64,000 nucleotides of DNA, from contig NC_042999.1 in the NCBI RefSeq assembly GCF_006345805.1, positions 5,456,001 through 5,520,000 on the forward strand, written 5' to 3'. The notes under the pieces are model-generated. The model searched no databases, had not been told where the DNA came from, and saw only the letters and a list, made by a program, of their open reading frames with translations. This document shows positions 50,270-63,860 of the stretch, one piece after another (positions within the stretch are counted from its first letter, which is position 1; each line of letters starts with the position of its first letter). Position numbers and translations under genes: made by a program. Source of the stretch: Octopus sinensis. Taxonomy: Eukaryota.

Positions 50270-50298
50270 TATAGATATATATATATATATATATATAA

Positions 50299-50415
<117 letters not shown>

Positions 50416-50487
50416 TGGAAGGTTTGGAGATGATGTACAGGTATTATATATTAGGAGAATGAGGTAATCAGAAGATCGGATGGTTTA

Positions 50488-50651
50488 TATTTACAGATAT
50501 TTATTTATATATTACATTTTATATATATATATATCATATCACTTAGATCATTAGCGCTTTCTCCCATTCTAGTGGGGTTTTCAAATCTGATCTAAGTGAT
50601 ATGATATATATATATATATAAAATGTAATATATAAATAAATATCTGTAAAT
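50488..50651. repeat. AT-rich palindrome with about 62-bp arms
   Basis: ATTTACAGATATTTATT...CACTTAGATCA / TGATCTAAGTG...AATAAATATCTGTAAAT. Confidence 0.85.
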
Positions 50652-50896
50652 TCCGTCCTGCACGGAATTTTGTAAGTGAACAGGTCGCGGTATCAAAGCG
50701 ACAAAAATATTTTGATAGATTAAATTTAAATGTTGAAGTGAATCTAACGGATTTTGTGTGTTTTTAAATGGCTTGTGAACACTTCCCACACTGCAGTTGT
50801 TTTCGTTTTAGCGCACGACCTCACATCAGGTCACTTACTATGCAAGTACATCTCCGTAGCTATATATATATATATTATATATATATATATATATAT

Positions 50897-50928
<32 letters not shown>

Positions 50929-50929
50929 T

Positions 50930-51129
50930 TCAAAATGTAACCACACGTGAATCGTTGGTGATTTTCTTCCTCCGTCTTCCCTTCTTTTGGACTTTCCTCT
51001 ATTTCTGAAGAAGAGCTTTGCTCGAAACATTAAATCCTCTTTCTTTCCATTCCTGAGCGTCTGATAATACATTACTTATACCACGTTCTCACGTTGATTT
51101 TTCATGTTCGTTCTTCTTTGTTTGGATTC

Positions 51130-51132
<3 letters not shown>
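50930..51132 (+). mobile_element. Short PLE-like end, family B, with hammerhead-like motif at 51001-51035
   Basis: AUUU CUGAAGA A GAGC-UUU-GCUC GAA ACAU U AAAU; stem III palindrome broken by a CpG-type change. Confidence 0.65.
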
Positions 51133-51195
<63 letters not shown>

Positions 51196-51530
51196 TATAT
51201 ATATGGACGAAAAACTGCTAGGCATTTTGCCCGACGTACCAACGATTCGGCCAGCTCTCGACCTTGTACAAATATTTAAATATTGGTTTCAAATTTTAGC
51301 ACGAGGATAGCAATTTAGTGGGAGGAGGTAAGACGATTACATCGACTCCGGTGCTCAGTTAGTACTTATTTTATCGACCCCGAAATGCTGACTGACAAAG
51401 TCGACAGCGGAAGATTTTGAACTCTGAACGTAAAGACGGACGAAATATAGCTAAGCTTTTTGCTCACCTCTCCGTCTTGTGTGTATTTATGTGTACGTGT
51501 GTGTGTGTGTGTGTTGTGTCTATGTGTATA

Positions 51531-51574
<44 letters not shown>

Positions 51575-52245
51575 TATATACACACACACATATATATATA
51601 TATGTATATATATATGTGTGGGTGTGTGGGTGTGTATGTGTTTGTCGCCCCACTATCGCTTGACAACCGATGTTGGTTTGTTTATGTCGAGAGGTCGATT
51701 TCTCCGACTAAAGCTAGTACTCCAGCATGGCCACAGTCAAATACCTTAAACGTGTAAAAGAGAATAAAAGGGAATAAGTATATTTATATATATTTCAAAT
51801 TTTAGCACAAGGCCAGCAATTTCGAGGTAGGGGGAAGTCGATTACAGTGACCCGCCTAGTGCTCCACAGATACGTATTTCATCCACCCACGAAAGGATGA
51901 AAGGCAAAGTCGAACGTGGCGGAACATAAAGACGGACGAAATGCCACTTAGCACTTCATCCGGCATACTAACGTTTCTGCCAACTCACCGCCTTAAAAGA
52001 CTTCCCGTATGTCACTTCAGACTATCGACCGAAGTACCTCTTGAATTGCAGCTAGGCACGCTGTGTCGCTGAACCAAGCGATCCTTGACATATGTCTAAA
52101 TATTGCCATATATACTGACGTTGGACGTGCATGCAGAGATGTATATAGTGAAACAAGTGTAGTGGTGATGGTAGGAGTATGTAGCACGCGTGTTCTTTTG
52201 AAAGTGTTATTTTTTTTTGTGCTTAAATCTATTATTGTTCACAGA

Positions 52246-52308
<63 letters not shown>

Positions 52309-52420
52309 TGTTTATCGTATTTACCATTCTTTTTTGTACTGAATTAAAAAATAATAATTGATGTAAGTCAATTGTTGATCAATTTTTCTCCATTTTGATT
52401 ACTGTATATATATATATATG

Positions 52421-52495
<75 letters not shown>

Positions 52496-52534
52496 TGAAG
52501 TGAATCTAACGGATTTTGTGAGTGTTTAAAATAG

Positions 52535-52569
<35 letters not shown>

Positions 52570-53102
52570 TGTGTGTGAGAATTTATGGAAAGGCATCCCA
52601 TAGATACTCAACAAACTGTTAAAGATGGAGAAGAGATGTTAAAATTTAAAAAAGAATTTTAATACATGCATACGATCGTTTCAAACAGGAATATTAACAT
52701 GTAAATAACATGGTAGAATGATTAGAATTTAAATTAAATTAAATTAAATTAATTACATATCACTGTTCTCTTCAGCGCAAAAAACTTGCATCAAAAGATT
52801 ATTATTATTGTTGCAGAAGACTTGATGGAGGAAATAGCAATTAACATATTCGGATTTACATATTTTATCCTTATGAAAGATCAAGAGAATACTAAGAAAA
52901 AATGTTGTTGAGTCTAGTTGTGAAAAATCTAAAACTCACTCAGTGGAACTGAACCTGGAACCAAGTGGTTGGGGGGAGCCAGCTTCTTACCACTCAGCTA
53001 CGCCTGCACCTATTGTTTAGTTTTTTTCACAAATAGATTCAACAACACTTTTTTTTTCATAAGGATAAAATATGTATATCCGATTACGTTATTTGCTAAT
53101 TG

Positions 53103-53164
<62 letters not shown>

Positions 53165-53724
53165 CCTCAATTAGCTCTCTAGATACGTTCCTAAAACTGC
53201 AATATAAAACAAGACATCACATTACGGGATAAATGTAACATATCGAGGGGTTCGTGGCTATTTTTGGTGACAATGCAAATATAAATGAATATGATAAACA
53301 GCGCTATACAACTGGAAAATCCAGTGACTCACCACCACACCTTCCAACCATTTAAGCTTACTTCACATGTTATACATTATGACCTAAAATTATAATAAAA
53401 TTAAAAATAAGCTCAATTAAGATCTATGCTAAAAAAATTTTGAAACAAGATAAATTAGTTAATTTTAATTATCCCTACATAGGTCTTCTCTCCATTAATT
53501 TAAAAGTGGTCATAACGAATAAAATTGACGAAGGTGCATGAAATGTCGTTTTATCATATCTAATGTCGTCTGCGTTTCTTTGAATCTTATCTCACAAAGT
53601 AATTCACATTATCAGGCTGTTCTCTTCGCCTCCATTGGCACTCCCGGTCAGGGTCTTTCTCAGTAAACATGGCCTATGATTCCCGTAATTTTGCTGAGGT
53701 TGTTTGGATGTTCTAACTCCTTAT

Positions 53725-54132
53725 TTTCTTATTGCCCACAAGGAGCTAAACATAGAGGGGACAAACAAAGACAAAGGGATTAAGTCGATTATATCGACCA
53801 CAGTGCGTAACTGGTACTTAATTTATCAACCTCGAAAGGATGAAAGGCAAAGTCAACCTCAGCGGAATTTGAACTCAGAACGTAACGGCAGACGAAATAC
53901 CTATTTCTTTACTACCCACAAGGGGCTAAACACAGAGGAGACAAACAAGGACGGACAGATGGATTAAGTCGATTATATAGACCCCAGTGCGTAACTGGTA
54001 CTTATTTAATCGAACCCGAAAGGATGAAAGGCAAAGTTGACCTTGGCGGAATTTAACTCAGAACGAAGCGGCAGACGAAATACCGCTAAGCATTTCACCC
54101 GGTGTGCTAACGTTTCTGCCAGCTCGCCACCT
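53725..54132 (-). mobile_element. SINE family 2 dimer (one head plus two bodies)
   Basis: Same GAAATAG|GTATTTCGTC junction as the 20-kb array. Confidence 0.88.
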
Positions 54133-54860
54133 TCTTACTCAGATGTTCTTACTCCTGCAGCTCTTCTACAGATAATTTTTTTACCATCAGCGCTATATTA
54201 ACTCTTCCAAAACCTTCACATTAGCATTTTGCATTCCCCCTTCATTGTCCAACTCAACGATCACATTGATGTCTGCTGCTATTATCTCTGCATCAAATTC
54301 CCGAAAATCATTGCATTCTTCTGACCAAGACCCCTTTCAAATTCAGTTCATAAATTCCTCAGTTACTTCATCCTAAAATACTCTGATATTATTCGTAGCC
54401 TTAATAGAAATCATAGTTTCTTAGCCCCAGCATGGTTACTTACTTTGGCCCCCTGTTTCTTTAACATGTTGCTTGAAAATGTGGTGAAGGGTTTTTCTAT
54501 TAGAATTTACACTCTAATCCATGGATTTTATTAAGGAAGTGGTACTTGTGCTGGGTAAACTACTTCGACATAAATTTACATCTGAAGGGTGTCGACATTC
54601 TGGAATGATCTGGAACATTATAAATGCCAAATAATGTTTTAGAATTACGTGTGTGTTCTTTGGAAATAAAATATGAATGAAACCATTCTTTTCATCCGGT
54701 CTTTTTGCTTCATTTCTAGAATCATTTCTGATTTTGCCTGCATTGAGCAGAGTTGTTGTTTTTTTCTACCGATGACGATGAAGTTTCTGAAAACAAGTGG
54801 AACATCTTAACTAAGTTAATCGCTGTATTTATGTTTGTGTGTGTGTGTTTGTGTTGTGTG

Positions 54861-54918
<58 letters not shown>

Positions 54919-54920
<2 letters not shown>

Positions 54921-55162
54921 TCTTTTACTCTTTTACTTGTTTCAGTCATTTGACTGCGGCCATGCTGGAGCACCACCTTTAGTCGAGCAAACCGACCCCA
55001 GGACTTATTCTTTGTAAGCCTAGTACTTATTCTATCGGTCTCTTTTGCCGAACGCTAAGTTACGGGGACGTAAACACCAGCATCGGTTGTCAAGCGATGT
55101 TGGCGGATAAACACAGACACACAAACATACACACACACACACACACACACACATACATACAT

Positions 55163-55229
<67 letters not shown>

Positions 55230-55552
55230 CATATATACGACGAGCTTCTTTCAGTTTCTGTCTACCAAATCCACTCAAATCTTTGGTCGACCCAAGGCTA
55301 TAGTAGAAGACACTTGCCCAAGGTGCCATGCAGTGGGAATGAATCCAGAACCATGTGGTTGGTTAGCAAGCTATTTTTATTCACATAGTTTGCCACAAGG
55401 GCAGTACACAGAGAATCTGCGGGCTGGACAAGGATGTAATGAGGATGATAGCGATAAAAATGAATAAAAATGGGAGGGGCACCAGCGCCCACCGACCGAT
55501 AACCCCCAAAAACACTGTTCGAGCTACTTACCACCCAGCCACCCCTGCGCCT
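54919..55552 (-). mobile_element. SINE family 1 with a 148-bp insertion in its tRNA head
   Basis: AGCTA duplicated at 55369-55373 and 55522-55526. Confidence 0.85.
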
Positions 55553-56040
55553 GATAACATTTTTATTACAAATTATACCATTTCCGGTAGAGAGGCCAAA
55601 AGTCAACAATGTGTTGAAGTATTGAAGCAAAAGGACCTAACTCTTTTAATCCAGTCTCTTTTCTCCACATTTATTAGATTTTTAGTGGGAAGATAACCCA
55701 ATTTTTAATGGCAATTTTTTAATGGGGTTTGAGATAACCAAAAAGTACAAGCGTTTTAATTCTTTGTTTATATTAATTGGCGAGCGATTACAGTGGTGTT
55801 TATACAAATCGATGGGCGATGAGGAAGGACAAACTAAGAGTACATCAAACAATGGGTTTACAATGATAATTGATCGATGAAACGTTTATGCAAATAAGGG
55901 ATCGAACGCCATATCTGAAGGGACTGGAAATCTGTGGAATAATTGATAAAATATAAAAGAAAAAAAAAATAGCTTTCCCACACTTTCAGAACGAGATTCT
56001 TAATTTCCACTAAAATATGTTGTAGGGATTTATAGGTAAA

Positions 56041-56229
56041 CTAGCCGTATCGCCCGGCGTTGCTCGGGTTTGTAAGGGAAATAACTATATAAGCATTTTT
56101 AGAGAGTTATAGCCAAAAAATAGCAAAAAATGCATTAAAAAAAGGAAAAAAAAATTATGGTAAATTTTTTTTAAATCGTTGACTCATCGTAGACATTTTT
56201 AGAGAGTTACTTCCCTTATATAATAGCGA
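56041..56229 (-). mobile_element. Helitron-like 3' end running into the gap
   Basis: Reverse complement CCCGAGCAACGCCGGG hairpin followed by CTAG|T. Confidence 0.7.
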
Positions 56230-56329
56230 NNNNNNNNNNNNNNNNNNNNNNNNNNNNNNNNNNNNNNNNNNNNNNNNNNNNNNNNNNNNNNNNNNNNNNN
56301 NNNNNNNNNNNNNNNNNNNNNNNNNNNNN
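56230..56329. other. Assembly gap (100 N)
   Basis: Read directly from the sequence. Confidence 1.
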
Positions 56330-56465
56330 AATTTGACACAGCATGGAAGTATGCTAAAACATTCGCTTTTGCTTTCTTCTCTAACTAGACAAGTGACTTT
56401 TATAGAATGTAATGGCTGTTTCTGGCTCTCCAGCCTTTTTCTCAATGGAAAATACCGATGTGTGT

Positions 56466-56521
<56 letters not shown>

Positions 56522-56643
56522 TGTATTAAAAGTGGGGAAGTCCGGTTTATGGGATAATCATGTTTCTGGTCCATAAAGGTGTAGCTTTACGGCGTATCAT
56601 CAAATCTCACAAAACCTGTTGTCCGTGACCTCTTCAAAATACC

Positions 56644-56706
<63 letters not shown>

Positions 56707-56933
56707 TGTGTGTGTGTGTACATATATATCTTATAATATATATGTGTGTGTGTGTGTGTACGTGTACATATATATATATATATGTGCATATACACGCACA
56801 CATATAATATCTACTCACCAGCCTTTCCAATTCGTTTCTATTGTCCCATTTCTGGTTTACATTCTGTATACTTCTTTTATATTCTGTTTGACGTGAGACA
56901 AAACACCTGGCCTCAAACCGGTTTCATGTGATG

Positions 56934-56969
<36 letters not shown>

Positions 56970-57372
56970 CGTCTTTTATTTTTATACTTGTTTCAGTCAC
57001 TTGACGGCAGCCATGCTGGAGCAGCGCCTTACAGGGGTCTTAGACAAGCAAATCGACTCTAAGAGTTATTTTCTTGTAAGCATAGTAATTATTCTATCGG
57101 TCTATTTTGCCGAACTGCTAAGTGACGGGGACGTAAACTCACCAGCATCGCTTGTCAAGAGATGGCGTGGGTGGGTGGGGGAGAAACACAGACACACACA
57201 CACGCGCGCGTAAACACATACACATACATAAATATGAGTGTGTTTGTGTGTGTGTTTTTATATATATACATACACACAAACATATATATATGTGGTGTGT
57301 ATGTATGTATGTGCGTATATATATTGTTGTGTGTGTGTGTGTGTGGTGTGTATGTGTGTGCGTATGTGCGTA

Positions 57373-57424
<52 letters not shown>

Positions 57425-57511
57425 TATATATTATATATATATATATTATATGTGTGTGTGGTGTGTATATATATATATATGTATATATATATGTGTATAA
57501 TATATATATTA

Positions 57512-58474
57512 TACCGGAGTAAACACATAATGTGAACAAGTGGAAAAAAGAGTACTCAAATACCAGTGGTAGACTAATGTGCTTCATTTAAAGCAGCAGA
57601 AAATTCAACAAAATCTGTACTCTGAGTTTCTCGTTGCCGTTCATCAGACAGTTTTTGCTAGAATGGAACTGATATATCAATTCAATCTATACTCTTACAA
57701 ACGCTACACCTTTAAAAAGAAATGGACTGTTTTGATTGGCCCTTTAGAAAAAACGGTCAATCTTCGAGCGATAAACAAAAAGGTCAAAGATATATGTATA
57801 TATATATAAAAAACTTATAAAAATTATATATAAAAACTTGTAAAAATTATAAATCCGAGGAAAAAACCATTGACGTTAATGAAGACAGTGCAAATTAATG
57901 CATAGAAATTAAACCTGTTATAAATACTGCACATTTTATATTAAATCTCCATATATATATCAACTACACAAAAGGATGCGCGTAAACGCCATACATACAT
58001 ATACAGACGTATTATATGAATCTAAATATACACATAAAAGCATGTGTACATATATTCACCAAACCGTCTCGCACGCAAGCTAAAATTCATCTATGTGCAA
58101 TTCTCATATGTGAGATTTTAATAAATATGTATTGCAGTATTTATACCAGGTTTAATTTCTATGCATTAATTTGCACTGTCTTCATTAACGTCAATGGTTT
58201 TTTCCTCGGATTTTATAATTTTTACAAGTTTTATATATAATTTTTATAAGTTTTTATATATATATACATATATCTTTGACCTTTTTGTTTATCGCTCGAA
58301 GATTGACCGTTTTTTCTAAAGGGCCAATCAAACAAGTCCATTTCTTTAAAGGTGTACGTTTGTAAGAGTATAGATTGAATTGATATATCAGTTCCATTCT
58401 AGCAAAACGTCTGATGAACGGCAACGAGAACTTAGAGTAACAGATTTTGTTGAATTTTCTGCTGCTTAAATAAA

Positions 58475-58478
<4 letters not shown>
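57512..58478. mobile_element. Inverted pair of PLE-like family A ends (arms about 57585-57932 / 58131-58478), each with a CUGAUGA hammerhead-like motif
   Basis: About 350-bp inverted arms; motifs at 57612-57655 (-) and 58404-58449 (+). Confidence 0.75.
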
Positions 58479-58527
<49 letters not shown>

Positions 58528-58531
58528 GTGT

Positions 58532-58586
<55 letters not shown>

Positions 58587-58855
58587 ATTATATATATATA
58601 TATATATAGTGAGCTTCTTTCAGTTTCCGTCTACCAAATCTACTCACAATGCTTTTGTCGGCCCGAGGCTATAGTAGAAGACACCTGCCCAAGGTGTCAC
58701 GCAGCGGGACTGAACCCGGAACCATGTCACTAGGAAGCAAGCTTCTTTATTTCTTTTAAATTGCCATAAAAGGCATAACATATAGGGGACACTGCAAAAC
58801 ATGTGGGGACGCATAACAATTAAAATTATACAAAAATAAAATATGATACTAATCG

Positions 58856-58936
58856 ATTTCCATTGATCGATTTCGATTCTGATCCTCAGATCGATTTCGA
58901 TTCTGAGGATCAGAATCGAAATCGATCAATGGAAAT
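58856..58936. repeat. Perfect 35-bp-arm palindrome built of TCGATTTCGAT modules
   Basis: Arms 58856-58890 / 58902-58936. Confidence 0.9.
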
Positions 58937-58944
58937 TGCAGATG

Positions 58945-59266
58945 TGTTACCAGTGCCGGTGGCATGTAAGAGAACTTTCCGTTTCGCGACCGTTGCCAGC
59001 CTCGCCTGGCCCTCGTGCCGGTGGCACATAAAAAGCACCATCCGTTCGTGGCCGTTTGCCAGCTCTGTCTGGCACCTGTGCGGGTGGCACGTAAAAAGCA
59101 CCCACTACACTCTCGGAGTGGTTGGCGTTAGGAAGGGCATCCAGCCGTAGAAACACTGCCAGATTTGACTGGGCCTGATGAAGCCTTCTGGCTTCACAGA
59201 CCCCAGTAGAACCGTCCAACCCATGCTGGCATGGAAAACGGACGCTAAACGATGATGATGATGATA
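58945..59266 (+). mobile_element. RTE-associated SINE-like 3' element with (GAT)n tail
   Basis: GGCGTTAGGAAGGGCATCCAGCCGTAGAAAC...GGACGCTAAACGATGATGATG. Confidence 0.65.
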
Positions 59267-59352
59267 TTATGAATGACACATGAAAATGAACAGGAAAAAA
59301 TAAAATCTTAAAGTTATGTTAACATACATTTATGATAACACTGATATTCTAT

Positions 59353-59884
59353 AGGCATAGGAGTGGCTGTGTGGTAAGTAGTTTGCTTACCAATCACATG
59401 GTTCCGGGTTGAGTCCCACTGCGTGGCACCTTGGGCAAGTGTCTTCTACTATAGCCTCGGGCTGACCAAACTCTTGTGAGTGGATTTGGTAGATGGAAAC
59501 TGAAAGAAGCCCGTCGTACATATGTGTGTGTGTGTGTGTGTGTGAGTGTATCTGTGTTTGTCCCCCCAACATCGCTTGACAACCAATGCTGGTGTGCTTA
59601 CGTCCCCGTAACTTAGCTGTTTGGCAAAAGAGAGCGATAGAATAAGTAAGACCGCTCGGTTCAAAGTCTCCCTTGACCACAAGTGGCCTGAACTCTTTAC
59701 ATGAACACCACCCTGTACATAACTCCATGTCCCCCTACATGGCCTTGCTTTTTTGCTTTTTGAGCCAAAAAATGAACGAACTAACTACTAGGCTTACAAA
59801 GAATAAGTACTGGGGTCGATTTGCTCGACTAAAAGTGATGCTCCAGCTTGGCCACAGTCAAATGACTGAAACAAGTAAAAGAGT
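59353..59884 (+). mobile_element. SINE family 1 with an approximately 135-bp insertion near its 3' end
   Basis: Consensus AATAAGTA|CTAGG is split by 59649-59784. Confidence 0.85.
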
Positions 59885-60039
59885 ATGAATGATATCTTGA
59901 AAATGAAAATGTGAAAAGTGTGTTACTCACCCCACACTGAGTAACACCAGTCGCCATCTCTGAGTCCTAAGTTCTCTTTAATCTCTAGTCCAGTCCTTAT
60001 TTTCCCGCTAGCCTCATCGCTGAGTGTCTCCACAAACTT

Positions 60040-60830
60040 GGTTACTATGTCAGAGCAGCAAAAAAGAAGCCACTTCTTCAACCATCCAACATCGAGCTAA
60101 GAAAGGATCCGGCCAGAGAGATGGTGGAGAGGCCACTGACATTTTGGGACACTGTCATATTCTCTAATGAGTCCAGATTTGCTGCATTTCCGGACGGTGG
60201 TCAAGTGTGGGTCTGGAGACTGTGATCAAGAATTTGATGTGAAAAGATTGCAGCCAACAATGAAACATGGCAGCTATTCTGTGATAGCCTGGGGAGCAAT
60301 TTGGAGCAATGGTTGATCAGAGCTGGTGGAGTGTAAAGGAATCATAAACTCAGATGAATATGTGTCCATATCGCAGAAAGGTCTCCTACCAATCTTCTCC
60401 AGTGGTGAAATGATTAAAGAAAACTCTTTATTTATGGGCTCCTTCTCACACGGTTAAAGAGACCCAAGACTGGTTGGAAGAGAATGGCATCAAAAAGCTT
60501 CCATGGCCAAGCCAGTCACCAAAATATGAACCCTATTGAACACCTCTGGGACATAATGGACAGGACACTTCATACAAAGAACAAGAAAGCATCCTCAAAG
60601 CCAGGTATTTTGAGATTACTGCATGAAACTTGGCAAGATACTCCTTAGAGAATATTCGTCATCTGATCAGTAGCATGCCTAATAGGGTGCTTGCATTGAA
60701 AAATGCAAAGGACATGTCAACTAAATATTAGATATTCACATTATAATAATTAACAAATAATTTGAATGTATAATTTCAGATTTAAATAAATTTCAGTGAT
60801 TATAAGGGTGTTTATTTCTGTCGTGTGTGT
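60040..60830 (+). mobile_element. Tc1-family transposase fragment
   Basis: [46 protein letters not shown]. Confidence 0.88.
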
Positions 60831-61401
60831 GTGTGTGAGTGGGGGGGGGAGGGGAAGAGAGAGATTAAACGACCAGGATCTATGTAATCGCTTTCATTGG
60901 TTAACCGTTGTTTCTGCTATGAAAAGCAATGCACTCGTGCGTGAATGCCTGCACAACAACCTATAGCTTCGTCTGAGTTTTCAGTTAGGTTTATGCATAT
61001 TTCAGGAAGTATGACATGCAGTCTTATGCAATCTTTCCTTTTATGTCCTACGAGAGTGGACAATAACGTCAAAGGAAAGGAAATAGCTGAAGACGAACGA
61101 AAAAAACCTAACCGTCAATAATTATTAACGATTAGGATTTTCGTTATAATCGACAATGATCGGCTGCAAAATGAAAATGAACTATGTCTGGTTTGTGTGT
61201 GAGTGGCAAAAAAACAAAAATGATAATCTTTTATTTCTGAGTGAATTTTATTTGAGTTTTGTTGCATTTCGGGACGGTCTTTTCTTTCTTTTTCTTTTTG
61301 CCAAATAAACACACACACACTATATATTCGTTCATCACGCGTTTATTTCTGTTCTCACTCTAACTCATGTCCATTGTCCGGAAATCTTTCGTCACATATC
61401 T

Positions 61402-61612
61402 TATTTCTTTATTACCCACAAGGGGCTAAACTCAGAGGGGACAAACAAGGACAGACAAACAGATTAAGTCAATTACATTGACACCAGTGCGTAACTGGTA
61501 CTTAATGTATCGACCCCGAAAGGATGAAAGGCAAAGTCGACCTCGGCGGAATTTGAACTCAGAACGTAGCGGCAGACGAAATACCGCAAAGCATTTCGCC
61601 CGGTGTGCTAAA
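61402..61612 (-). mobile_element. SINE family 2
   Basis: As other copies. Confidence 0.88.
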
Positions 61613-61999
61613 TCTTTCGTCACATACCTGTAACCTCTTCTGTCTCCGTGTGTGCTCTTGCTCCGACGAAGATTTCCAGGAAAATGGACACAGATAAGAA
61701 CAGCAATGAACGAGTGAGGAATGAATATATAGTGCAAAAGAAAATGACCGTCCCCAAATAGAACAATATTTGTTTCAACACACGATTTCACATCAAGAAT
61801 CTTGCAACACAAATCCATTTTAGTTGAATCATTTGTCAGACTGCTTCAGCTAATCTCTCTCTTTATAAAGCTGAAGTTATCTGTGTATGGCAGGTGTGGT
61901 AGCCTTCAACTAACACTATCTCCTCCGAGAACCTGCGGCGCAAGTTGACCAAAATTGAGAGTATGATAGAAGAAGTCTTGCTCTTCCTTCCATAGAAGA

Positions 62000-62244
62000 A
62001 AAATTCAAATCGGACTATGTTAACACCAAAAATTATTTACATCAAAAAGGTGCTTTTTTTCTATGAAAATCCTTATTTTCTACTATTTTTTTACTGCTGT
62101 GTCGCCATTGTTCGGTGTATTTCAACCAGAAAAATGCTCACTTAAAGAGAATAACAAGCTACATAATGCAAAATGTTTACTTTTCAAAAATTCCAATTCT
62201 AAAGGGTCGAAACAAACCCGAGCAACGCCGGGCGATACTGCTAG
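62000..62244 (+). mobile_element. Helitron-like 3' end (5' boundary uncertain)
   Basis: CCCGAGCAACGCCGGG hairpin at 62217-62232, then CTAG at 62241-62244 followed by T. Confidence 0.7.
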
Positions 62245-62574
62245 TATGAAATAATTTCGTTGGACTACAACGTCTGAAGCGCTTAGGACTGGCACGAATG
62301 GTAGGTTTGAGAAGATAGGTGCCAAGTTATTTTGTTCTTTTATTCTTTCATTCTTTCACTTGTTTCAGTCATTTGACTGTGGCCATGCTGGAGCACCGCC
62401 TTTAGTCGAACGAATCAACCCCAGGACCTATTCTTTGTAAGCCTAGTACTTACTCTATCCGTCTCGTCTGCTGAACCACTAGGTTACGGGCACGTAAACA
62501 CACCAACATCGGTTGTCAAGCGATGAGTGGGTGGGGGGGACAAACACAGGCACACACACACATACATACATACA

Positions 62575-62924
62575 TGATGGCTGCCCCCTCGTGATCGAGT
62601 ATGGCCATTGCACGAAGCTTAACTGTTACTGGTGCTGTGATCGAATGTGACTAAAGATCTACAATGTCTTGTACAGAATTGGCAACTAAAACCTTTACCG
62701 GCAATAACCGACTGTAGTTGTAACTGGGCTTCGTGTACCTTTGCATGTCGTTTAAGTCCTCCTGCCAAATTACACTCTCTTCCACATGCCCGACAGATAT
62801 GATTAGTATGGTGTGTTACACCACCACCAGTGGCCAGGTTGTCACTCATCTGTCTCGTTTTATGACTACGAAAATGACTCTTGAGTCCAGCTTTACTGAG
62901 GCAGGGTCTTGCACAGACACTGCA
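62575..62924 (-). mobile_element. RTE-like LINE 3' end encoding up to three C2H2-type fingers
   Basis: CSVC..LKSHFRSH, CRAC..LKRHAKVH, CQFC..RSL (truncated); 3' end GGCCATACTCGATCACGAGGG followed by (ATGT)n. Confidence 0.65.
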
Positions 62925-63008
62925 TACATACATACATACATACATACATACATACATACATACATACATACATACATACATACATACATAATCATGCCTA
63001 AGAACTAT

Positions 63009-63217
63009 TAGGTTGGTGCATAATTACTGCAGCTTTTTGTCAACAAATTTCATTCAACAGAAACAATAACAATATTTAACAAAAACATCTTTAAACGACA
63101 GTCTGACCGTCTGCCAAGCAAATGGAAAGCAGGAATTGAAGTAGATGGTGAATATGCTCCGGAATAATCTTTTCAAGATGTTTTTGTTAAATGTTGTTAT
63201 TGTTTTTGTTGAATAGG
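63009..63217 (+). mobile_element. Mini-mariner derivative
   Basis: TA|TTAGGTTGGTGCA TIR; C-terminal DRLPSKWKAGIEVDGEY; internal inverted repeat 63053-63098 / 63175-63215. Confidence 0.65.
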
Positions 63218-63537
63218 CTTAGCAGCCCTTTGTGTTTGTGTTACCAATTTTGACCCTCTGCAAAATCCCAAATTTTATTAAATGCTTTGCGGGAGTAACT
63301 ATTTTATCGAAAGCGTATATTGTTGTTAAATGCTCGAAATACGAGAGTAGAAAAACAGTCAACAACTGATGAAGGGTTCGTTTTTTATGTTGTTTGTTTC
63401 GTTTTCCATTTGTGTCTTTCGTTGCTCGAAAGAATAGTTCATGTTCCATGTACACGTGCTTCATACATTTTTGTTGTTAACGTTTCGTGACGTCCTGTGC
63501 CCACATATGCATATACATACATACATACATACATACA

Positions 63538-63573
<36 letters not shown>

Positions 63574-63652
63574 TATATTTATATACGTATAGACGTAAGT
63601 ATGTATATATACGTATGTATATATGCATATATATATATATTATATATATATA

Positions 63653-63683
<31 letters not shown>

Positions 63684-63725
63684 ATTATTTATATTATTAT
63701 ATGATTGAATGCCACACAACCTCTT

Positions 63726-63763
<38 letters not shown>

Positions 63764-63860
63764 CGGGAAGCTTTATGAAAATAAACAAAAGACGAAGGTA
63801 GGTGGAATACAAACAAACAATTGTATTAGTATGGCGCTCAGGAATATAAATAAAACAAGT

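Noticed and set aside
59174-59200. CTGATGAAGCC..GGC as a hammerhead
   Set aside because: No downstream GAAA or stem III.
63355-63500. Hammerhead halves (CTGATGAAGGG on +; GAAACGTTAAC on -)
   Set aside because: The halves are on opposite strands, each is truncated, and stem I does not pair. Probably broken PLE ends.
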